NCBI GenBank assembly: GCA_964016885.1
Contig: OZ024754.1
Coordinates: 5,890,001-5,954,000 of the forward strand
Direction of reading: 5' to 3'
Source of the DNA: Eledone cirrhosa
Lineage: Eukaryota
Length of the DNA stretch: 64,000 nucleotides
The notes under the pieces were generated by a model. That model was given only the letters and a program-made list of their open reading frames with translations. It searched no databases and was not told the DNA's origin. Below are positions 16,159 through 30,280 of this stretch, piece after piece (within the stretch, counting starts at the first letter, position 1; each line of letters starts with the position of its first letter). The position numbers and the translations under genes are program-made.

Positions 16159-16591
16159 GATTGACGGCGTAATGTTGTCGTTTTTGTTATATTTAAATGG
16201 TTATTATGTGTTGTTAGTGTTGTGTTTTTATATCAATTTGTTGTGTTTGTGAAACAAGTAGCGTTGAATGAACACATACATGTATATATTTGATACATAT
16301 ATGAGGTATAGATTGCATGTACATAAATACAGACATATGTATGTATGTACGTTTGTATGAAAGTATGTGTTGTCCTATTTAACACTCACAATAAAAATAT
16401 GCGAAGTTTTGCTAAAATCAGAACATACGTTTATTTTCCTAACATAGCATGTGTGATATTGTTGGTGTTATTGAAGTTGTTAATGGTATTAATGATGTGT
16501 TTGTCAATGTTGACTGTTTACAGAGAATGTTTTGTATAATTGACGTATATTCAAGTATGTGTGTTTGTATATATATATATATATATATATA

Positions 16592-16650
<59 letters not shown>

Positions 16651-16969
16651 AATTATAAGTCGATATGATATTATAAATAGTTATTAAACTGCTAAGCTAT
16701 ATAGCATATCTTTAGCTTTCATAGAAAGTACTAGTAAATACATACGAGAATAGAGAACTATTCATGAATACATATATATATATAAGTATATATATATATA
16801 ATCTATATATGACTGCATAGTAGCAATCATAATACGAGGCATGTATGTATATGTATAAAGTCGCCGCGTATTTTGAACATGGCACTCAGTCGTATAATAG
16901 AGTTTTATCGCGTGTCTCGGTTTTCGTGTGTGCGAAGCAGTGAGTGAACGAGAGAGTGAGAGAGTGGCT

Positions 16970-17003
16970 GAATGATAAGGGGAGGGGAAGCTGTCTCTTT
17001 ATG
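16970..17003 (-). promoter_or_regulatory. Candidate Six3/6 core promoter (TATA-like CATAAA at -30 and Inr TCATTC)
   Basis: On the minus strand, CATAAAGAG starts at 17003 and TCATTC (a TCAKTY match) has its A at 16973, exactly 30 nt downstream. It borders a CpG-containing non-repetitive island (~16855-16950). Confidence 0.5.
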
Positions 17004-17307
17004 TGTGTCTAACACTATAATGATATATACTTGCAATATGTGTTTCCGTCTGTCTGTCTCTCTCTCTCTCTCTCTCTGTGCGTGTTTGTTTTATTTTCTG
17101 TAATATGTGAATATATGTTTTAGTACACCTGCTCCACCTATTTTTTTTCTTCTTTCTACATTCCTTACTTATCCGGAATCAGCTAAAACAGGAGTTAGCT
17201 TGTTAAAGAAGGCTTCGCAATTTCGGTTTTAAATGTAATGGAAACTAAAAACCTAACCGATAACACACGGATAAATATATATGTATGTATGCATATACAC
17301 ACACAAG

Positions 17308-17368
<61 letters not shown>

Positions 17369-17514
17369 ATGTATGTATATGTATATATATGTATGTATAT
17401 ATTTAACCTTAAAAATTTACAATGAACCAAATACCTAAGGAGACAAATTAGGTGAAAAGAGAAAAACGCACACCTTTATTGGAATCAATGATGTATATAT
17501 ATATATATATATAC

Positions 17515-18535
17515 ATGTATGTCAGTATGTGTCTGTGCGTGTGTGTAGATATATGTGTGTATATATGTATATGTGTATATATATTTTGTGTATAATGTTT
17601 ATAAGATGTTGGTCTGTATTTGTCTGTGCGTGTGTGTAAATATATGTGTGTATATATGTATATATGTATATGTTTATGTGTATTTTATGTATAATGTTTA
17701 TAAGATGTTGGTCTGTATTTGTCTGGGCGTGTGTGTAGATATATGTGTGTATATATGTATATATGTATATATATTTTATGTATATGTTAGTCTGTATTTG
17801 TCTCTGTGTGTAAATATATGTGTGTGTATATGTATATGTGTATATGTATTTTGTGTATAATGTTTATAAGATGTTGGTCTGTATTTGTCTGTGCGTGTGT
17901 GTATATATCTGTGTGTATATATGTATATGTGTATATGTATTTTATGTATATGTTAGTCTGTAATTGTCTGTGCGTGTGTGTAAATATATGTGTGTATATA
18001 TGTATATATGTATATGTGTATATATATTTTATGTATAATGTTTATAAGATGTTGGTCTGTATTTGTCTGTGCGTGTGTGTATATATATGTGTGTATATAT
18101 GTATATGTGTATATATATTTTATGTATATGTTAGTCTGTATTTGTCTGTGCGTGTGTGTAAATATATGTGTGTATATATGTATATGTTTATATATATTTT
18201 ATGTATATGTTAGTCTGTATTTGTCTGTGCGTGTGTGTAGATATATGTGTGTATATATGTATATGTGTATATGTGTATATATGTATATGTGTATATGTAT
18301 TTTATGTATAATGTTTATAAGATGTTGGTCTGTATTTGCCTGGGCGTGTGTGTAAATATATGTGTGTATATATGTATATATGTATATGTGTATATATGTA
18401 TATGTGTATATGTATTTTATGTATAATGTTTATAAGATGTTGATCTGTATTTGTCTGTGCGTGTGTGTATATATCTGTGTGTATATATGTATATGTGTAT
18501 ATATATTTTATGTATAATGTTTATAAGATGTTTAT
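17515..18535 (+). repeat. Degenerate ~70-100-bp minisatellite upstream of the Six3/6 promoter
   Basis: Recurring ATGTTTATAAGATGTTGGTCTGTATTTGTCTGTGCGTGTGTGTA. Confidence 0.85.
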
Positions 18536-18725
18536 ATATTATATCTCTCCTTGATTGGGTGCTGTATTAATGTACATCATTAGTTAGGTGTCGAAATTAT
18601 ATTATCCAAAGCTCTCGATAGCATAACTATTGCAATCATCACTCATTCAATTGATGTCTTTATACATACATGCATGTGTGTATATGTGTATATGTGTATA
18701 TGTGTGTAATATATCCATCCACCAT

Positions 18726-18820
<95 letters not shown>

Positions 18821-19942
18821 TGTATGTATGTATGTATGTATGTATGTATGTATATATATATGCTTGTGTTTATTTGTTTTAATGTTCTATCTAACCAACT
18901 ATACACCTATTAACTTGCCTATATATTTACCTAACTGTCTGTCAACCAATCAGTCTATTTATTTGTCTAATGATCTACCTATCTCTCTAAAAGGCTCTAT
19001 GCGGCAACCTTTTGTTAGTTATATGCGTATATATATATATATATATATGTATGTATATATATATATATATTATGTGTGTATATGTCTATGTATATTTAAC
19101 TAACAATATATCGATGCGTGTGTGTGTGTGTGTCGGTGTGCGTGTGTAGTGTGTATGAATTCAAGTCTTTTACTATGTATATATCTGATCAACACACACA
19201 CAGACGCACACACATACACAAACACACACACACACACACAAACACACACTCACACACACACACTCGCACACACGCTCTTACGAACTGTTTATCTATTTTC
19301 TTAATTGCATGTTTATCCTTCTATTTGTCTATATCTCAATTTATTTGACCATTCTTATCTATATATCTATCTGTCTGTCTATCTATCTATCTATCTATCT
19401 ATCTGTCTGTCTCTATCTATCTATCTATCTAGCTAGCTAGCTAGCTAGCTAGCTATCTATCTATCTATCTATATGTCTAGCTATCTATATGTCTTACAAT
19501 CTATCTATCTTTCTATTTATTTATCTGTCTAGCAAACTGTATGCTATCTACCTATTATTTTAAACTAGATTTGCCCGTCTTCTTTATTATTTAATTCACC
19601 AATATATCGATCTAACCACATATCCATTATCAATATCATAATCAATATTCTGATTAATCATTTTTTAATGTATTTTTTTTTTTAATTTACGTTGTTATTC
19701 CTTTCATGTTTTTTTCTTTTATTATTAACATAAGCGACCTTGAGGCAAATGTAACTTATCATTATTCAAGTATGTGTTATTTTAAATTTACTTCGTCTTA
19801 TTTCGTGAATAATCCATAATATGTGTATTTATCAAAATCTGCTCAGAAAATATTCATAAAACATTAGCTGTAAACATACATCACCTTATATGAAATTTAC
19901 TGATATTTCTATATAAATACAGAACCTGGGTATTTTTGTATG

Positions 19943-19992
<50 letters not shown>

Positions 19993-20072
19993 TTTATCCG
20001 GGTTCAATCGGGGGTAACCTGATGATTTCTCGCGAATGAAACAGTTCTAGTCCTGTAGAAGCTTTTCTATAT

Positions 20073-20127
<55 letters not shown>

Positions 20128-21034
20128 TTAATTAAGTAATTATAAACTGTTAAATTAAGTTTGTGTGAAATAATTAAATAATTACAATGACTTAAGTATA
20201 TTTACACGCATACATACAGCTAACCATAAACACACACATATATATATAGATATAGATCAATATATCAGTATGGATTCATGGATGGATGAATTAGTATTTA
20301 TATAGTAGTAATTATAAACTTCCCAACATTATAATTAAGTTAACGAAATAAGTTAATTAGAATGTATTTAAAAGTTATCTTATAATATTCTATATGTTTC
20401 GGCTTATACAAAGTCTTAATATCATAGCTAAACTTTGTTTTCATTTGAAAATATATAAAATATTCTATGTACTATACATGCACCTTTGATGAGTTGTAGT
20501 GCACCTAAGCACTGTACACAATAATTTCATTTATATAAATGAGGTATCTTATCTCAAATAATTGTTCGTTTCATCTCTTTTATTATTTTTACTTTTAAAC
20601 TAACCAAACAATTAATTTTTGTTTATATTGGAGCTTGTTTAAGTGTATATATATATATATATATAGCTTGATTATATATGTATATGCATATATATATATG
20701 TATATATATAGTGTAGGTAGTACTAACCTTTTTTATTTATCTATATATTGTAATTTATATTTATTTATATATTTATATCCTTAAATATGTTGTCTAATTT
20801 ATACGTATTCTCTGTACTGTTTTATATATTTAAACTTCATTTATGTGTATGCATCTGTATAAATGTCCTTCAGATATATTGTATGTGTATGTATGTTCTA
20901 TTGCTGTATGTATGTATATATGTATGTATGTATTTATGTATATATGTATGTATGTATGTTTGTATGTATTTATGTGTGTATGTATGTATATATGTATCTA
21001 TGTATGTATGTATATATGTATGTATGTATAAATG

Positions 21035-21065
<31 letters not shown>

Positions 21066-21442
21066 ATATGTATATATGTATGTATTTATGTATGCATGTA
21101 TGTATGTATGTAGATATGTATTTATGTATGTATGTATATATGTATTTATGTATATATATATGTATGTATGTATGTATAAACGTTATTTATGTCTGTTGCC
21201 AAATTTTGGTTTATTCTATATACGCATGAGGCAGTTTATATAACTTATATACATATGTATGTTAGGCCAGTATATTATACATACATAGACAAATACATCT
21301 ACAACTATATATGTATATAGTGCTTTATATATTATATTATATTATATTATATAGTATATTACATATGTGTGGTATTGTGTGTGAAGGAGACTGAGGTTTG
21401 TGTTTAAGAATATACGAATTTTTTATATATGTGTGAGTGAGT

Positions 21443-21526
<84 letters not shown>

Positions 21527-22067
21527 ATGTGTGTGTGTATGTGTGTGTCTGTGTGTGTGTATAAGTATGTATATATCTATGTATTTGTTTGTATGGATGT
21601 ACACAACACGTAAGTAGGGGGGATGGGGAGAAGGTAGGTGACTAACATTTCAACAAATATATATCTATATATTAATATATATATATATATATTTTAAACT
21701 TTTCTTTTCCATGTAATATATACGTAGATATATAACATATAATATATATATATATATCCCTTTTTTTTTTTTTTCCTTTTCAATCGACAAGATGTGTGAT
21801 GGTTGGGAGGTAATAATTCATTGGTTTTTCCAGAGAAATTGAACTGGTACTGGTATATTCTGGTAATTTAAGCAATTATTTTTCCAGATTTACAAAAAAC
21901 TTGATGGTTGCATCTGTTCACAGAGATCGACCGACCCTTCCTCTCCAAATTTATCAACGGTAGCGTTGTTGTAGTTGGTGGTAGTTTTGTTGTTGGCGGT
22001 GATGATGATGGTGGTGGTGGTGGTGGTGGTGGCGGTGGCGGTGGTATTGGTGTTGTCGTTATTATTT

Positions 22068-22198
22068 ATCTGAGTTCAAATCCCGCCGAGGTTGACTTTG
22101 CCTTTCATTCATCTTTTACGTTGGTCGATAAAATAAAAGTACCAGTAATACACTGAGTAAATTTGCTGGCCTTGTGCCAAAAAAGTAGAAACAATTAT
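22068..22198 (+). mobile_element. Family 1 SINE, 5'-truncated (similar copies 33152-33245, 33693-33812, 34207-34320)
   Basis: TCTGAGTTCAAATCCCGCCGAGGTTGACTTTGCCTTTCAT...GTAGAAACAATTAT. Confidence 0.8.
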
Positions 22199-22224
22199 CT
22201 ATTACATTGTTGTTGTTGTTGTTT

Positions 22225-22255
<31 letters not shown>

Positions 22256-22350
22256 CGATGATGATGATGACGACAAGAAGGAGGAGGAGGAGATGAAGAT
22301 GGTGATTATTCTGTTTAACCAGACAGTAATGAGAGTAAAGCTGTTGTGGC

Positions 22351-22381
<31 letters not shown>

Positions 22382-22863
22382 ATAAATATGGCACTTCCTC
22401 TCTTCGATTACGTTTGTTTTCAATATATATGTACACACACACACACATATATATACATATATATATATACATATATATATAGTTTGAGACGCAGGATGTC
22501 TATCTGATATTACGAAGTTTAATTCAACAATTCAATATACATCCATTTTTTTTTTTAAGAGAAAAAAAGGTTTTAAAATGTTTCCCATAACAACCAGCCA
22601 TCCAACTAAACCGTCAAACAAATGATCAAACATTCAAATCGTCAAACAACGATTTAGCAAACAAAATATATATATACATATACACACATATATATATATA
22701 CACTGCTCCGATTTGCTGACCCACTGCTCTGATAAACAGACGATACTCCAAAGTAGTAACACGACTCACACACACACACGCGCACACACACACACATATA
22801 TATAAGTATATATATATATATATACTTCAATACATTAACAGAGAAAGCTTTAAGCTATACTCT

Positions 22864-22914
<51 letters not shown>

Positions 22915-23013
22915 GATGTATATATGTATGTATGTATATCGTAAGCTATACTCTGACTATATATACACACACAGATGTATATATGTATGTATGTATATCG
23001 TAAGCTATACTCT

Positions 23014-23064
<51 letters not shown>

Positions 23065-23228
23065 GATGTATATATGTATGTATGTATATCGTAAGCGGAC
23101 TAACAGGCAGACAATATGTATTAATTCAAAATGAACAAATTTTGTTTTGCTTCGTGCTGTTGTGATTCTTGTTGCTGTTGTTTATGTTTCAATATTGTTG
23201 TTGTAGTAGTTTGAGCTACGATCTCTCC

Positions 23229-23310
<82 letters not shown>

Positions 23311-23315
23311 GTATG

Positions 23316-23372
<57 letters not shown>

Positions 23373-23517
23373 ATATCTGCTTAATATCCCAAGTTTTTCA
23401 GTAAGTGGTGTTTATCCCAACGCAGTGGTACTGCTGCTGCTGCTGCTGTTGTTGTTGATGCTGTTGTTACTGTCGCCACTGCTGTTGCTGCGACCACTGC
23501 TGCTGCTGCTGCTGTTT

Positions 23518-23553
<36 letters not shown>

Positions 23554-23624
23554 TTAGCTGTGATTATCGCTCTCTAGTTTGTTTAGGCGTCTGTCGACGT
23601 CATTTCGTTTTTACTACATCTGAT

Positions 23625-23944
23625 AGTCGTAGTGGTAGTAGTGGCAGTAGTAGTGGTGGTAGTAGTAGTGGTGGTAGTAGTGGTGGTGGTAGTAGTGGTA
23701 ATAGTGGCAGTAGTAGTGGTGGTGGTCGTAGTGGTAGTGGTAGTAGTAGTGGTGGTAGTAGTAGTGGCAGTAGTAGTGGCAGTAGTAGTAGTGGTAGTAG
23801 TAGTGGTGGTAGTAGTAGTGGTGGTAGTAGTGGTGGTGGTAGTAGTGGTAATAGTGGCAGTAGTAGTGGTGGTGGTCGTAGTGGTAGTAGTGGTCGTAGT
23901 GGTAGTAATAGTGGTGGTAGTCGTACGGAGTAGTGGTCGTAGTG

Positions 23945-23976
<32 letters not shown>

Positions 23977-24865
23977 GGTGGTAGTAGTAGTGGTGGTAGT
24001 AGTGGTCGTAGTGGTAGTAGTAGTGGTGGTAGTAGTAGTGGTGGTCGTAGTGGTAGTAGTAGTGGTGGTAGTAGTGGTAGTAGTCGTAGTGGTCGTAGTA
24101 GTCGTAGTGGTAGTAGTGGTCGTAGTGGTAGTCGTAGTGGTGGTGGTCGTGCTGGTACTAGTTGTAGTAGTGGTTGTGGTGGTGGTCTTAGTTGTAGTTT
24201 TAGTGGTGGTTGTGGCGAGGGTGGTGATGGTTGTGGTCGTAGTGGTAGTAGTAGTAGTGGTGGTAGTAGTGGTAGTGGTCTTCTTATTGTTAGTGATGGT
24301 GATAGTCGTAGTGGTGGTGTTGGTGTTGGTAGTTGTGGTGGTGGTGGTAGTGGGAGTGGTGGTAGGTGTGGTGGTGGTGGAGTCGTGGTGGCGGTAGGTG
24401 TGGTGGTGGTTGTGTTGGTGTTGGTGGTGGTGGCTGTAGGCGTAATGGTGGTGTTGGTGGTGGTGGTGGTGGTGGCGGTAGTGGGAGTGGTAGTGGTAGT
24501 GGTAGTGGTGGCGGTAGGTGTAGTGGTGGTGGGTGTGGTGGCGGTGGTGGAGTCGTGGTGGTGGTGATGGTGGCGGTGTTAGTAGTGGTGGCGGTAGGTG
24601 TGGGGGTGGTGGTGGTGGTGGTGTTGGTGGTGGTGGCGGTAGGTGTGGTGATGGTGGTGGTGGCGGTAGGTGTGATGGTGGTGTTAGTGTTGGCGTTGGC
24701 AGTCGTGGTGGTGGCGGTGGTGCTGGTGGTGGTGGTGGTGGTCGTCGTGGTAGTGGTGTTAGAAGAAGTGTTAGTTGGGGTTGTTGTTATTTGTGGTGAT
24801 GGTGGTGGTGGTGGTGGTACCGATAGTGACTGTGATAGTATTGGTGATGATGATGATTGTGATGG
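23625..24865. repeat. Compound GTA/GTG trinucleotide low-complexity tract
   Basis: Direct inspection. Similar tracts are at 38225-38960, 43850-44265 and 51798-52263. Confidence 0.9.
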
Positions 24866-25280
24866 GGGAGGAGACGTATTAGTGCTGGCTATTTTCTCTT
24901 AGATGGAACAGCCACAAACATATTTTTTTCTTTAGTCTGCCACTTTCCTTCTTCTTCTTCTTCTTCTTCTTCTTCTTCTTCTTCTTCTTCTTCTTCTTCT
25001 TCTTCTTCTTCTTCTTCTTCTTCTTCTTCTTCTTCTTCTTCTTCTTCTTCTTTCTCTTCCTCTTTCTCTGTATTTCTTCGTTTGAGCGGAAATATTACCA
25101 ACTAAATCTCAGCATGTGTGTGTGTGTGTGAGTGTCTGCATTGGTCTGGGTGTGTGTGTATGTGTGTGTGTGTGTGTGTGTGAGTGTCTGCATTGGTCTG
25201 GGTGAGTGTGTATGTGTGTGTGTGTGTGTATTACAGTGATTCTTTAATTACGTCTATATGAGAGTGTGTGAGTGTGTGTG

Positions 25281-25327
<47 letters not shown>

Positions 25328-25373
25328 ATATATATGTATGTGACTGTGACTACGTTTATGATTCTGGCTGTGC

Positions 25374-25409
<36 letters not shown>

Positions 25410-25789
25410 ATGTGTGTGTGTGTGCGTATATGCGTGCCTACGTGTATATATCTATGTGTGTATGTGTATGGATGTGTGCATATATGTATATATGTGTGTG
25501 TGTGTGTGTATGTTAGTCTATGTGTTTATCTCTATGTCTATAAGTATGTGTATTGTGTGTATGTATGTACCTATGTGTGTGTGTGTATCTATGTGTGTGT
25601 GTGTATGTACCTATGTGTGTGTATGTGTGTGTTTATATATGTGTGTGTTTATATATATATATATATGTATGTGTGTGTTTATATATATATGTGTGTCTGT
25701 GTGTAAAAGGGTGTAGTAGATAGATGATATAAAGATATATAGAGAGAGAAAGTTAGAGAGCTAAACAGAAAGAATGAGAGACAGCTAGT

Positions 25790-25852
<63 letters not shown>

Positions 25853-25914
25853 CATTCCTGGGTATATATATACCCATTCCTGGGTATGTCTCTATTTATA
25901 AAACAAATTTTGTA

Positions 25915-25973
25915 TTTTATCTGATGAAAGCGTACCAAAGTCTTTTGGTACCCTTGAAATATATATAATAGAA
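25915..25973 (+). ncRNA. Minimal type I hammerhead ribozyme (family C)
   Basis: TTTTAT-CTGATGA-AAGCGTACCAAA gtct TTTGGTACCCTT-GAAA-TATATA-TA-ATAGAA. Stem II is 12 bp with one mismatch, and stem I is 6 bp with one G-U pair. Confidence 0.8.
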
Positions 25974-26108
25974 TAAATAAGGTTTTATAAATATAGTTTC
26001 CATTTATTTAATATCATTGAATTTTTACTCCAGGAACTTGTTGAGTGCTCTAAATCAGTTATAACCATTTATATTTATATTTGTCGGATTTCCAACAAAT
26101 TAAATACT

Positions 26109-26145
<37 letters not shown>

Positions 26146-26189
26146 TATATAAAATTAACGAACATCGCTGGTTGAGAGACATCTAGTGA

Positions 26190-26287
<98 letters not shown>

Positions 26288-27030
26288 ATGTATATATATG
26301 TATGTATATATGTGTGTGTATATATATATATATATTCAGAAATAGCTGTCGAAACGGCCGGAGCTCAGCCGTCGGGGTCCTGACTCTTTTCATATATATA
26401 TATATATAGTTATACTTGGGGAGGGTCATATTTGTGTAATAATATTGCCAGAATTAATAACAGAACACCCTCACTGTTTGGTTGGTTTTCGTTTCTGTGT
26501 CTTTTATATCGGTTAATTTAATTTATTCGGTCCTCAATGACTGACCAACGGTCAAAAATACAGATACAATATAGACACAAACACATATATATAGTCTAAC
26601 AAAGTTCTTTCGTTGCACATCTGCAACATCGTCAGTGGTGCTATTATGTTTCCTCCCGTTGTATTGTATGCCTACGCCATCTTTATTTAGTCTGTTTATT
26701 TATATATATATTTTTTTTGTCTTCTCTGCGCATGCGTTTGCGTATGTCTATAGTGTTTTGTTTGATGTGTGTTCGTGTTTGGGTGACTGTGTATTGATTA
26801 TTGTATTCTATCTTAGTTTACTAGTGTGTGTTTATATGTGTTTGTTGTTATTGTGCTTGTGTATGTATTTATTTATTTATTTATACTTCTCTTAGGTCAG
26901 TGTTGTTTGTTTGGGTGTTGCTGTTATTCCATTCATTTTTTCTGTTTAGTCTTGGCCTTCTAAGTTCTATAGTAAAACTTTTTCTTATTTGCTAAACCTT
27001 GATTATATATATATATATATATATAATCAA

Positions 27031-27080
<50 letters not shown>

Positions 27081-27093
27081 TTTAATATAGAAG

Positions 27094-27144
27094 AGCTTCT
27101 ACAGGACTAGAACTGTTTCATTCGTGAGAAATCATCAGGGAGCT
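27094..27144 (-). ncRNA. Type I hammerhead ribozyme (family B)
   Basis: Minus strand reads AGCTCC-CTGATGA-TTTCTCACGAAT-GAAA-CAG ttctagtc CTG-TA-GAAGCT. Stem I has one mismatch. Confidence 0.65.
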
Positions 27145-27344
27145 GGCAGTCCAAGTAAATGGTAGTATTTATGTCTTTCCTTATTTGGTGGTAGGAGAGG
27201 GTGGGCATTGAGATGGGTGTAGGTCATTGGTTGAAGGATTTAAAGATATAAAGATTTAATTGTTTCTACTTTTGGCACAAGGCCAGCAATAAGCCAGTGT
27301 ATTACTGGTACTATAAAGATTTAATGATATATATATATATATAA

Positions 27345-27384
<40 letters not shown>

Positions 27385-27550
27385 GGAGTGTGTGTGTGTG
27401 TATGTGTGTTTCAATGTGAGTGTGTAAGGGAGGAAATGGGTGGAGAGAGAATGCGTGTGTGTGTGTTACATCTTGTAAACTATGGAAGTTCACATCATTC
27501 CGAGGTCACCTTTAACTTTGGCATCCTACCAAGATTGATAAAATAAAGTA

Positions 27551-28578
27551 CTTGTTAAGTCAAAAAACAGCACAGCTCCCATGACTTTCGGAAACATTTT
27601 TTCACGCTCAGAGTTGCTGAAGCATGGAACAAACTCTCTGCATCCGTTGTTAGCTGTCAGGACACTGCATCCTTTAAAACCTCCATGGAACAAACTACCT
27701 GCATCAGTTGTTAGCCGTCGAGACACTGTATCCTTTAAAACCTCCATGGAACAAACTACCTGCATCAGTTGTTAGCTGTCGAGACACTGCATCCTTTAAA
27801 ACCTCCATGGAACAAACTACCTGCATCAGTTGTTAGCTGTCGAGATACTGCATCCTTTAAAACCTCCATGGAACAAACTACCAGCAACAGTTGTTAGCTG
27901 TCGAGACACTGCATCCTTTAAAACCTCCATGAAACAAACTATCTGCATCAGTTGTTAGCTGTCGAGATACTGCATCCTTTAAAACCTCCATGGAACAAAC
28001 TACCTGCATCAGTTGTTAGCTGTCGAGACACTGCATCCTTTAAAACCTCCATTGAACAAACTACCTGTATCAGTTGTTAGCTGTCGAGACACTGCATCCT
28101 TTAAAACCTCCAATGAACAAACTACATGCATCAATTGTTAGCTGTCGAGACACTGTATCCTTTAAAACCTCCATGGAACAAACTACCTACATCAGTTGTT
28201 AGCTGTCGAGACACTGCATCCTTTAAAACCTCCATGGAACAAACTACCTGCATCGGTTGTTAGCTGTCGAGACACTGCATCCTTTAAAACCTCCATTGAA
28301 CAAACTACATGCATCAATTGTTAGCTGTCGAGACACTGTATCCTTTAAAACCTCCATGGAACAAACTACCAGCATCAGTTGTTAGCTGTCGAGACACTGC
28401 ATCCTTTAAAACCTCCATGCTTCCTGATATCCCCACTCCATACACACGCACGCATGTATTTCATGACTCATACACTATTCATTTTCCTGATATTTGTACA
28501 TTATTCTATGTACTATACATGCACCTTTGATGAGTTGTAGTGCACCTGAGCACTGTTCACAATAATTTCCTTATTATT
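27551..28578 (+). mobile_element. CR1/L2-group LINE 3' end with internal tandem amplification
   Basis: HDFRKHFFTLRVAEAWNKL then PASVVSCRDTASFKTSM resembles CR1-group ORF2 termini. The 3'UTR ends in TTATTATT. An isolated tail copy is at 20461-20530. Confidence 0.75.
27624..28419 (+). repeat. 61-bp tandem array, 13 units
   Basis: Unit GGAACAAACTACCTGCATCAGTTGTTAGCTGTCGAGACACTGCATCCTTTAAAACCTCCAT, counted 13 times. Confidence 0.95.
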
Positions 28579-28589
28579 GCCAAGCTTAG

Positions 28590-28783
28590 GGCGGTGGATT
28601 GGCAGTATCGGTAGAGGGTCGGACGCCATGCTTTGCAGTATAGAGTTATAGCCCTTTATGATCTGAGTTCAAATCCCGCCAAGGTTAACTTTGCTTTTCA
28701 TCCGTACGGGGTCGATAAAATAAAGTACCAGTAATGTACTGGTATAGTTGCTGGCCTTGTGCCAAAAGTAGAAACAATTATTA
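28590..28783 (+). mobile_element. tRNA-type SINE, full-length copy (family 1)
   Basis: A-box-like TGGCAGTATCGG, B-box GTTCAAATCC, body TTGC-TTTCATCC-TACGGGGTCGATAAAATAAAGTACCAG and tail GGCCTTGTGCCAAAAGTAGAAACAATTATT. There are about 10 copies in the window. Confidence 0.85.
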
Positions 28784-29276
28784 GTTGTTGTTACAACTCG
28801 GACAAAAAACGTGATTTAATTTAGTTGATAAACGTTCGGATCGGAGTTCAAATCCCACCGACGTGAACTTTACTTTTTTATCTTTCAAGAGTCGATGATA
28901 TAAAGTACCGGTCATGTAATGGGGTCAATTTAAACGACTAGCCATACCGCCATTAAATGTGCGTAAAAAACACAATTAGGAGTTGTTGCTAGTGGTGATG
29001 AGGGTAATGTTGTTACGTCTCTCGTTCTGGTTCTTGAGCTCCAGGATTATAATCAGAGGCGTTCCTGCCATGCCAATCCAGTTGTTTTATTACAGTGTTC
29101 AATATGTTCAAACTGCAACGAACGATTTCAGGGAATATTGTTTCTCTGCTGCTATTTCTAGCAAGCTAATGGACCACGAGGAGCCTTCTCTCGTTGGTCT
29201 GACGATACTACTACTGCTGCTGTTGTTGTTGCTGCTGCTATTAGCTTTGCAGCTGCTGTTGGTTTGCTGCTCTTGT

Positions 29277-29331
<55 letters not shown>

Positions 29332-29454
29332 GATGTCACTACCATCACCCTCCCGAATTACCACCAACAACCACCACCAATACCACTGCTACTACTACTA
29401 CTACCACCACAGCCACTACTACTACTATTACTACTACAACTGCTGGAGTAAAAA

Positions 29455-30280
29455 GTGTTAGTACAGTGTAGTGTGGTACTGTGTAGTGTAGTATAGTATA
29501 GTGTAAAGTATTTAGAGCAGTGTACTATAATGATGTGTAGTATAGTATAGTGTAGTGTAGTACTGTGTTGTATAGTATAGTGTAGTGTGGTACTGTGTTG
29601 AGTAGTATAGTATAGTGTAGTGTAGTACTGTGTTGTATAGTATAGTGTCATCTAGTATTGTGTAGTGCAGTATAGTGTAGTGTAGTGTAGTACTGTGTAG
29701 TGTAGTATAGTATAGTGTAATGTATTTAGAGCAGTGTACTATAGTGTAGTGTATGTAGTGTAGTGTAGCGTAGTGTAGTGTGTGTAGTGTAGCGTAGTGT
29801 AGTGTAGAGTGTGTAGTGCCCTGTAGTGTGGTTTAGTATAATGTATTGTAGGGTACAACAGTACAGTGTAGGACAGTGTAGTTATTGTAGTGTAGTATAG
29901 GACAGTGTAGTTGTTGTAGACTAGGGCAGTGTAGTTGTTGTAGTGTAATATAGGACAGTGTAGTTGGTGTAGTGTAGACTAGGAAAATGTAGTTGTTGTA
30001 GTGTAGACTAGGACAGTGTAGTTGTTGCAGTGTAGACTAGGACAGTGTAGTTGTTGTAGTGTAAAATAGGACAGTGTAGTTGTTATTGTAGTGTACACTA
30101 GGACAGTGTAGTTGTTGTAGTATAGAATATGACAGGGTAGTATAGGACAGTGTAGTTGTTGTAGTGTAGAATATGACAGGGTAGTATAGGACAGTGTAGT
30201 TGTTGTAGTGTAGACCAGGACAGTGTAGTTGTAGTGTAGTATAGGACAGTGTAGCTGTTGTAGTGTAGACTAGGAGAGTG
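29455..30280 (+). repeat. (TAGTG)n pentamer grading into a ~29-bp minisatellite
   Basis: TAGTG runs, then recurring TAGGACAGTGTAGTTGTTGTAGTGTAGAC. Confidence 0.85.

Noticed and set aside
15656-16252. Plus-strand ORFs overlapping Six3/6
   Set aside because: They are antisense shadows of the real exon.
23632-24902. Gly/Ser- or Val-rich structural protein
   Set aside because: Trinucleotide low-complexity DNA that is open in several frames.
27624-28419. CRISPR-like 61-bp periodicity
   Set aside because: The whole unit repeats and derives from LINE coding sequence.
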